From positions 69,619 through 133,618 of the forward strand of contig DASQGJ010000050.1 of the NCBI GenBank assembly GCA_035632675.1: a stretch of 64,000 bases of DNA, given 5' to 3'. This document shows positions 57,905-64,000 of this stretch, piece by piece; within the stretch, counting starts at the first letter, position 1, and each line of letters starts with the position of its first letter. The notes beneath the pieces were generated by a model. That model saw nothing but the letters and a program-made list of their open reading frames with translations, did no database searches and was not told where the DNA came from. The stretch is from Candidatus Dormiibacterota bacterium. GTDB taxonomy: Bacteria; Acidobacteriota; Terriglobia; Terriglobales; Acidobacteriaceae. The position numbers and the translations under genes were made by a program.

Positions 57905-58576
57905 GTGCGACTCTCCTCCGTCATTCTCGCCAGAGTTCTTGCGTACGTAGAAATCGTCGACCTCAATCCGAGGGGCCGGGTTTACTATCCAGATATCGCT
58001 CGGGCTCTCGCGCAAAGGTACAGCTTCCAGAGGTATCCACAGTCAGCAGACCAACTCGACTTGCAAAAAGGTGTCGAGTTTTATGAGGGAAAGTGGAAGG
58101 GAGTTATCATTCAAAACTTCACTATATTCAGTACGATGCTGGCGTTGGAGACGCGCTGTGACACTGATGACTCTAAGAAAATTCTCGACGACATACTCGC
58201 ATGGTGTGTGGAGAAGTTTAAGCTTACGTACAATCCAGAAATGATTTCTCGTTTTGGTTACGTCAGCTCTCTGACGTTCTACAGCGACGCCCCGTTGTTA
58301 GATGGGAACGCAGCAATGACAAATCTGGCAGGGCGAACCGCGCAATTAGTGTCCGATATATGGAAAGAGCCGGTTGAATATAGCGGCGTGAGCATCGCAG
58401 TGGGTCACGAACCGTTGAGCAGGAAGTACCCCATTGCAAGGTTCACCATCCAGCGACGAGCTGACACTAAGTTTGCTGAAAACAAATATCTGTCCGAAGC
58501 GCCATTGCCCACGAATGCCCACCTTGAATTGCTGGAAATGTACGAGCGGGATATTGGGGGCGCACGATCTTTCTGA
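57905..58576 (+). CDS. hypothetical protein (223 aa)
   Basis: GTG start directly after an in-frame stop. Soluble, with no recognised family. Co-oriented with the acylase gene. Confidence 0.4.
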   Translation: MRLSSVILARVLAYVEIVDLNPRGRVYYPDIARALAQRYSFQRYPQSADQLDLQKGVEFYEGKWKGVIIQNFTIFSTMLALETRCDTDDSKKILDDILAWCVEKFKLTYNPEMISRFGYVSSLTFYSDAPLLDGNAAMTNLAGRTAQLVSDIWKEPVEYSGVSIAVGHEPLSRKYPIARFTIQRRADTKFAENKYLSEAPLPTNAHLELLEMYERDIGGARSF

Positions 58577-58723
58577 GGACATTCCTATCCGTCAGGGGTT
58601 CGAGAAAGCCAGCTGCTGGATTCGGAACGTGGTGACAACACTTCGCAGAGACACGTTCATGCGGAGCGGAAATAGAGCCAGAACAGGTAGGCGAGTCACG
58701 AAAGTATCGCGAGGACTAATTAC

Positions 58724-60871
58724 ATGTGTAGAACAGCGCAAAGGCTGTATGTCACTGCTTCTCTGCTGGCTGGAGTTGTCTTCGTTGCTGGGCTTGACGT
58801 TTGTACCGGGCAGACAGGATCCGGTGGGTCCCCGGACCCGGCGAAGACGGTTACAATCCCGACGTGCCCGGACTGTGCAGCACATGCGGTGATCCGGCGC
58901 GATCAATACGGGGTACCTCACATATTGGCGGATACGGAAGAAGCCGCTGCCTACGCTCAAGGGTATGCCACGGCAGAGGATCATGGGGCGCTTCTGGCCC
59001 GCGCATTCCTTCGAGCCCGCGGTCAGCTGGCCTCCGTATTCGGCGCTGCCTACGTGCACGAAGATGTTCACAGTCGTACGCTTCGAATTTACGATACCGC
59101 TGCTGAGCGTTTTGGAGACCTGCCGCCGTTCATGCAGGCGATCGTCAACGGGTATGCCGCTGGCTTTAATGCCTACTTAGCGAGCCACCGGACCGAGTTT
59201 CCGGCTTGGGCGACTCTGATAACCGGCGTTGATGTGGTGGCGCACGCGCGTACCGTGCTGCTGCTCGACTTCGCGCTAGACCCCAGACCCTGGGAAGAGT
59301 CTGAGCACGGAGGAGCTTCGAACATGTGGGTAATCGGGCCCGCGGTGTCTGCCACGCATCATGCCATGCTTCTGGCAAATCCACACCTGAGCTGGAACTC
59401 GGAGACACCACCGCTACAGGAAGTCCAGCTGACCGTTCCTGGAGTGATCAATGTGAGTGGGGCAGCCTTCGTGGGGACACCGATTGTGGCCATGGGATTT
59501 AATGACTCGCTGGGCTGGACTCACACTGTAAACCGTTTCAGCTCGGATGATGTTTACGAACTGACCCTCGATAGCTCCGGGAAAAAATACAAGTACGATG
59601 GCCAATGGCTGCCGCTCATTCCACATTCCATGTCCATTCCGGTACGGGAAGGCGAGCAGATGCGATCCGAAGAACACACAGCATTCTGGTCACATTACGG
59701 ACCTATTATCCGTATTGATGGCAACAAGGCCTATGCATACCGGTCTCCCAACCTGAACTTGGTGAACTTCCTGACTGAATATAACGAAATGGGGAAGGCA
59801 AGCTCCATAAATGCGTTTAGGGCAGCCCTGGACATGCAGCAAATTCCGATGTTTAACATCGGCTATGCGGACAAGGCTGGGAACATATGGTACGTGTTCA
59901 ATGCCCGCATCCCGATTCGGCCCCCGGGGTTCAACTGGCCCGGGCCAGTCGCCGGAGATACGAGCAAATCGGAATGGTTTGCGGTGTGGCCAATGACTGC
60001 GCTGCCCCAGCTCGCCAATCCGAAATCCGGATACTTGCAGAACTGCAATGATGCTCCTTGGTACACGAACTTGGAGCAGCCGATCGACCGTAGTCGTTTT
60101 GATGGCTATCTAAACACAGATGACATTACCTGGCGCGGCATGTTGAGCTTAACAATACTTAGCGCTGCGAAGGGCATGACACTCGAGAATCTGATGGCTT
60201 ATAAGTACAACTCTGAACTAATCATTGCCGATCGCCTAAAGGGAGAGCTTGTCAGCAAGCTGCGTGCGGCGGGGAACCAGTTTGGGGAGGGCATTGACGT
60301 ACTAGAGCGGTGGGACAACTCCACTCACGCCAGCAGCCAAGGCGCGGTCTTGTTCTTGGCCTGGTGGGATGAATATTCAAACAGCACCCCGCAGCCTTTC
60401 CGCGTTCCATTTGATTCGACCGACCCGATTCATACTCCAGCCGGAATTGGCGACCCGGAAAGAGCGGTTGATGCTTTCCGGAAGGCAGTCGTGACGGTAA
60501 AGGAAAAGTACGGTCACTTAGATATTACGTGGGGAGAGGTGCATCGAGCGCGGCGAGGTGGGCTCGATCTGCCTGTCGGTGGTTCCGACTTCACATTTGA
60601 GCGGATGGCCTATCGGCCCGACAAGGATGGGAAGGAGGTCGCCACGGCAGGGGATGCGTATGCTCTAGCCGTGGAATTCGGGGAGGCGCCCAGCGCCTAT
60701 AGTGTATTGCCGTACTCGGAAGCGTCTCAGCAGAGCTCACCCTACTACAATAATCAGCTCCCAATTTATGCGCACGAGAAATTCAAGCCGGACTGGTTTA
60801 CTGAGCGCGACATCCTGAGCCATCTCGATCGCGCATACCGGCCGCAGCCATCGGATGCCGGCGGCCGATAG
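58724..60871 (+). CDS. penicillin acylase-family Ntn hydrolase (S45), secreted
   Basis: Signal peptide. The internal GGASNMWVIGP contains the SNMWVIG motif, which I recall as the beta-subunit N-terminal nucleophile of E. coli penicillin G acylase. 715 aa is family-typical. Confidence 0.85.
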   Translation: MCRTAQRLYVTASLLAGVVFVAGLDVCTGQTGSGGSPDPAKTVTIPTCPDCAAHAVIRRDQYGVPHILADTEEAAAYAQGYATAEDHGALLARAFLRARGQLASVFGAAYVHEDVHSRTLRIYDTAAERFGDLPPFMQAIVNGYAAGFNAYLASHRTEFPAWATLITGVDVVAHARTVLLLDFALDPRPWEESEHGGASNMWVIGPAVSATHHAMLLANPHLSWNSETPPLQEVQLTVPGVINVSGAAFVGTPIVAMGFNDSLGWTHTVNRFSSDDVYELTLDSSGKKYKYDGQWLPLIPHSMSIPVREGEQMRSEEHTAFWSHYGPIIRIDGNKAYAYRSPNLNLVNFLTEYNEMGKASSINAFRAALDMQQIPMFNIGYADKAGNIWYVFNARIPIRPPGFNWPGPVAGDTSKSEWFAVWPMTALPQLANPKSGYLQNCNDAPWYTNLEQPIDRSRFDGYLNTDDITWRGMLSLTILSAAKGMTLENLMAYKYNSELIIADRLKGELVSKLRAAGNQFGEGIDVLERWDNSTHASSQGAVLFLAWWDEYSNSTPQPFRVPFDSTDPIHTPAGIGDPERAVDAFRKAVVTVKEKYGHLDITWGEVHRARRGGLDLPVGGSDFTFERMAYRPDKDGKEVATAGDAYALAVEFGEAPSAYSVLPYSEASQQSSPYYNNQLPIYAHEKFKPDWFTERDILSHLDRAYRPQPSDAGGR

Positions 60872-61055
60872 GGTCTTCGTCCAAACTGTAAGGGAACTTG
60901 TTCGGTTTTGTCAGCCCAAACGCCCACTTCGCTGTGCGCCCTAAGAGGCGAGAGATCTTCTACCCCACCAAGAGGCTAGAGCAGTCGAGAAAGGCTGTGC
61001 CGGGGACGCGTGTGTCATAAACACGGCTTAGTACTTACAACTGGAGGTTAGGTAT

Positions 61056-61703
61056 ATGAAAACAACTACGCAGCTTACATGGTCCGGGCTTCGAATGGTC
61101 GGAGTATGGCTACTGTTTGGCGTGCTTGCTGCCATCACGGCCGCGGGAGGTGATACGGGTAAGACACAACAGCAGCTAAAGGCGGCGTTGGAGGCTCATC
61201 AAGGCGAGTTCGACTACTTGCTGGGCGACTGGCAGTTCACGGCTAACAGCAAGCAGTTCGGGCGCATGAAAGGCTATTGGAGTGCGGTGAAGCTTGGCGA
61301 TGGCGGGCAGGTCCTGGATGAATTTCGGGTGGTAGGCGACAAGGGGCAGACGCTATATTCCAGCCTGACGCTGAGAGTATACAATCCATATCTTGAGCGC
61401 TGGGAGCTTGTAACTCTCGATCGGCGGGACGGATTGCAGAACTTCGGTACAGCTCGGCGGGAGGGCCCGGAGATGTTGATCGAGCAGAAATTCGGAGCGG
61501 TTACTCCCGAGCCTTCACTTTGGCACATCCGGTACCACGACATCAAGGCGGATTACTTTTCCTGGAGTGCCGATCGTTCGAAGGATGAGGGCAAAACGTG
61601 GCAGAAAGACTTTGAGACCATCGAGGCCAAGCGTATCGGGCCGCCGCGAACGATGGAGCCGCTAACTGCCGGACATAAAGCTACAGCGTCAGTGTTGCCC
61701 TAG
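61056..61703 (+). CDS. hypothetical secreted protein (possibly DUF1579-like)
   Basis: Signal/anchor helix. FDYLLGDWQF...GYWSAVKLGDGGQVLDEF is a lipocalin-like pattern. The family call is tentative. Confidence 0.45.
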   Translation: MKTTTQLTWSGLRMVGVWLLFGVLAAITAAGGDTGKTQQQLKAALEAHQGEFDYLLGDWQFTANSKQFGRMKGYWSAVKLGDGGQVLDEFRVVGDKGQTLYSSLTLRVYNPYLERWELVTLDRRDGLQNFGTARREGPEMLIEQKFGAVTPEPSLWHIRYHDIKADYFSWSADRSKDEGKTWQKDFETIEAKRIGPPRTMEPLTAGHKATASVLP

Positions 61704-61791
61704 CTTATAGCTTGTGCGACGAGTTACGGATAGGGCTGCACGCGCGTGAGCGTGCTGTTTAAGGCGCGGCACCTCATGATGGCTGCCGAGT

Positions 61792-62859
61792 TTATGAGCT
61801 TGCGGCGACCGCGGATGCTTGGATTGCGTCTCGCGCACGTGCGACATCTAATCGCCATGCGGTGGCCGCGACCCATGGCTGGAATCCGAGAGCGCGATTC
61901 AAGCTCAGAATCGGCTGATTCCAGCTGGCGTTGCCGGTGTGTAATTCCTGAACGTGGGGCAGTTCGGAGATGATCTCCTGCAGCATGGCTGCTTTCAGCC
62001 ATTTGGCGAGACCAAGTCCGCGATGATTAGGATGCACAATGGTTGCCGCCTGATAGACCAAATCCGGGTCGGAGCCGCGGAAGTTTAGTTCTGTGAAGCC
62101 AGCAAGCTCATCCGACTCTCGTGGGCGCACGATGATCGACCACCTGCGGCGCTCAGTTGGCCACCAGGCCTCCAGAGCCCGCGCCTCCTCTATCGTCGTA
62201 ACCGGGAGTTCGTGTAGTAACTCATCGCCATTTATGGTGCGAGTGCTATTGCGCAACTCGAAAACAGCCGCCAGGATTTCTTCGGGGTAAGGACCCTCGA
62301 TCAGGAGCATGCGGTAATCGCCAGAAGATGCAACCTCGTTGGTCGTCCATTGCATGATCAGCGGCCGGTTGACTTCTGACAGCACGAGCCGATTCAGTAT
62401 TAGCTCATCAAGCCTCTCTGCCCCGAGCATTTTCGCGAATTGTGATCCCGCATCCACACGGTCTGTAGTCCAACCGACCATCGTAGAACGGTTATTACCT
62501 TCCGCAACTCCTACCAGCAGCGATAGCATCGAACGCGCTAATCCTTTCTTTCGCCATTGGGGGTGGACGGAAATGTGGATTTGGCAATTCCGCTGCTGAT
62601 CCATCGAAGTTGCCATTACGATTTTTCCTTCCGCAGTGACCTCCCCACCGGAATCGCGGCCAACGAACAACTGCACACTGACTTGTGCGGGAAGACTGTT
62701 TAGACTGGCGCGTGCTAATTGGAAAGGAACGAGCGGGGATTCTTCACACATGAGGGCATCGTACCTAAGCCACGCCCCGATTTCGTCGGGCGTTACGTCG
62801 TTGAAGTTCACCTCATGGATAACTGCCTCGCTCGCGTGAAACACCTTTCCGTGTGGCAT
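61792..62859 (-). CDS. tandem GNAT-domain N-acyltransferase
   Basis: Two GNAT acyl-CoA loops (HPQWRKKGLARSML and HPNHRGLGLAKWL) about 170 aa apart. The start is preferred at ATG 62859, which is preceded by GAGGA. The Arg/Trp-rich 90-codon extension to 63129 looks non-coding. Confidence 0.65.
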   Translation of the reverse strand: MPHGKVFHASEAVIHEVNFNDVTPDEIGAWLRYDALMCEESPLVPFQLARASLNSLPAQVSVQLFVGRDSGGEVTAEGKIVMATSMDQQRNCQIHISVHPQWRKKGLARSMLSLLVGVAEGNNRSTMVGWTTDRVDAGSQFAKMLGAERLDELILNRLVLSEVNRPLIMQWTTNEVASSGDYRMLLIEGPYPEEILAAVFELRNSTRTINGDELLHELPVTTIEEARALEAWWPTERRRWSIIVRPRESDELAGFTELNFRGSDPDLVYQAATIVHPNHRGLGLAKWLKAAMLQEIISELPHVQELHTGNASWNQPILSLNRALGFQPWVAATAWRLDVARARDAIQASAVAASS

Positions 62860-63110
62860 GGGGAATCGTCCTCTGTAGTGACGTTTTAAGCTCTCGGCAG
62901 GGCTAACTAGTGCGCGGCAGATGTTGTCGGACAAAGACGGGCGCAGAGATTTGCGGCACTCGTTGTGGGACAGCACGGGGATCGTGAAAGGCGGGCGTAG
63001 TCCAAGGTTGGAGCGGCGAGACCACGCACGGGACGCCGCCCAGCGCGCTGTCAATACAACCTTCCTATAGACCCAGCTCCGAGCCCTCACCCTGGCGTTC
63101 CGTAGGAGGA

Positions 63111-63224
63111 TCAGCAGACGGAAGACCATAGACTGCCCCGGGCGTGGAGGTCAACGATTGCTGAGATCAACCGGACTCGCCGATATCGCTTGAAGTGACC
63201 TGCAAGGAGATCGAAAGCTAGCAT
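63111..63224 (-). CDS. candidate 37-aa peptide ORF coupled to the LanB-like stop codon
   Basis: The arrangement is GGAGGG-TAA-gtttcca-ATG. The translation is MLAFDLLAGHFKRYRRVRLISAIVDLHARGSLWSSVC. There is no independent support. Confidence 0.2.
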   Translation of the reverse strand: MLAFDLLAGHFKRYRRVRLISAIVDLHARGSLWSSVC

Positions 63225-63231
63225 TGGAAAC

Positions 63232-64000
63232 TTACCCTCCTTCTGGTTCTACGGATCTGGCAACCGCCGCGTGACTTGTATCCAGCGCAATGCAGCGCAG
63301 TTCGCACGTGTAGCGCTGATCACGCGCGTCGGGAAGCCAGAGTTGATCGATTGCAGGCAGCATTTCTGAAATTTCCACACTCCCGGTATTTGCCTGCGGA
63401 TCATCGAGAGCTCGCCTAACCAGTCTCGCAAAGATATCGACGAAGATTGGACTGTCAAAGTCTAAGTAGGAAGGCTGTCTTTCCAGTGGAATTTTGACAA
63501 ATACGAACCGTGGAATTCCCCGATCACTCGCCCACGTTCTGGTCTCAAGGAAAAGTTCGGCAGAATCGAGACCCTTCAAGAAATGCAGGTCAGTCAGCGG
63601 GATGCGCCAGGTCTCGCGGCTAATGACCAAGCGTTCGATGGAGATTCGCGGAATATGGTCGCGCTGTAAAAGTCCTCCTTTGAAGCAATGTGCCGCGGCC
63701 AAACTAAGGAGCCAGCCGGTTAGCTCGATCAATGGCATGTGGAAGGTGCCATCCCGAGAGCGAGCCATGATTTCATCGTCTTGATTTTCCAGGACCAGCG
63801 AGGACAGCGGTATGACACGGCTACGGTCGGTTGCAAAAGCAGATTCGGAATACTCCAAGAAATAGGTTGAATTCGTCAGGAACGAATACGCACTTCGACT
63901 GCCGAGCGTTTCGGCGGATGGAGATACGGGCAGAATGTGGATTCCGGCGTAGTCCTGTTCGGTCGCGTCCAGTAAATCCTGGGGTGACGGGTGTTGGTTG
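63232..64000 (-). CDS. LanB-like (Lant_dehydr_N-type) protein, C-terminal part; no elimination domain
   Basis: The frame is open to the window edge (checked codon by codon from 63859 to 63999). ...HIPRISIERLVISRETWRIPLTDL...GIPRFVFVKIPLERQPSYLDFDSPIF...VEISEMLP matches my memory of the end of the lantibiotic-dehydratase N-terminal domain. The stop comes 40 aa later. Confidence 0.45.
   Translation of the reverse strand, partial: NQHPSPQDLLDATEQDYAGIHILPVSPSAETLGSRSAYSFLTNSTYFLEYSESAFATDRSRVIPLSSLVLENQDDEIMARSRDGTFHMPLIELTGWLLSLAAAHCFKGGLLQRDHIPRISIERLVISRETWRIPLTDLHFLKGLDSAELFLETRTWASDRGIPRFVFVKIPLERQPSYLDFDSPIFVDIFARLVRRALDDPQANTGSVEISEMLPAIDQLWLPDARDQRYTCELRCIALDTSHAAVARSVEPEGG

Larger units (their letters stand above)
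55283..64000. mobile_element. putative tRNA-Lys-associated genomic island (right end outside window)
   Basis: It starts at the tRNA 3' end, and an integrase remnant lies 32 nt away. G+C is visibly lower: spot counts give 38% and 53% in two 60-nt lines at 57.4 and 56.0 kb, against 67% in murE. The gene content is accessory. Confidence 0.45.

Noticed and set aside
62860-63129. Long version of the GNAT ORF starting at 63129.
   Set aside because: The extra 90 codons (MVFRLLILLRNARVRARSWVYRKVVLTARWAASRAWSRRS...) are Arg/Trp-rich and unlike any GNAT N-terminus. An ATG with an upstream GAGGA at 62859 gives a normal two-domain protein.
55283-64000. Search for a direct repeat of the tRNA-Lys 3' half (GGTTCGATTCCTTCCGCGCTCACCA) marking the right island border.
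   Set aside because: No convincing copy was found by eye in the remaining window. The island border, if any, lies beyond position 64000.

Overview
GC-rich bacterial chromosome segment. Spot counts of single 60-nt lines give about 67% G+C in the mur genes. The source is very probably an Acidobacteriota genome. This is an inference from an ADOP-type duplicated orphan permease, a GWxTD protein, CarboxypepD_reg-fused outer-membrane and TonB-dependent proteins, and the typical intergenic palindromes built from short tandem motifs. The core is a division/cell-wall (dcw) cluster: murE-murF-mraY-murD-ftsW-(antisense doc/abrB toxin-antitoxin)-murG-murC, then about 11 kb of accessory genes, then ftsQ-ftsA-ftsZ and a transpeptidase-only PBP. 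The accessory block holds the ADOP permease, a secreted alpha/beta hydrolase, a regulator-like membrane protein, a lipoprotein, a GH44-like glycosidase, a hydrolase pseudogene fragment and two membrane or secreted proteins. Housekeeping genes on the left are TonB-family proteins, efp, acyP, apt, a DUF4139-like protein and pckA. Right of the dcw cluster lie a PAS-GAF-GGDEF cyclase and a HlyD adaptor plus ABC ATPase pair with no permease. They are followed by a GWxTD / OMP / TonB-dependent receptor / TPR block, a PilZ protein and tRNA-Lys(CTT). Directly after the tRNA comes a truncated integrase remnant and a lower-GC island that runs to the window end. It carries a GT1 glycosyltransferase, a 1.1-kb non-coding gap, an unknown protein, a penicillin-acylase-family Ntn hydrolase, a secreted protein, a tandem-GNAT protein and the C-terminal part of a LanB-like protein that lacks an elimination domain. 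This last group, with a stop-codon-coupled 37-codon ORF, is my best candidate for an undescribed peptide-modification system. No rRNA, CRISPR array or intact transposase was seen. Many long antisense ORFs in the track are GC-driven shadow ORFs.
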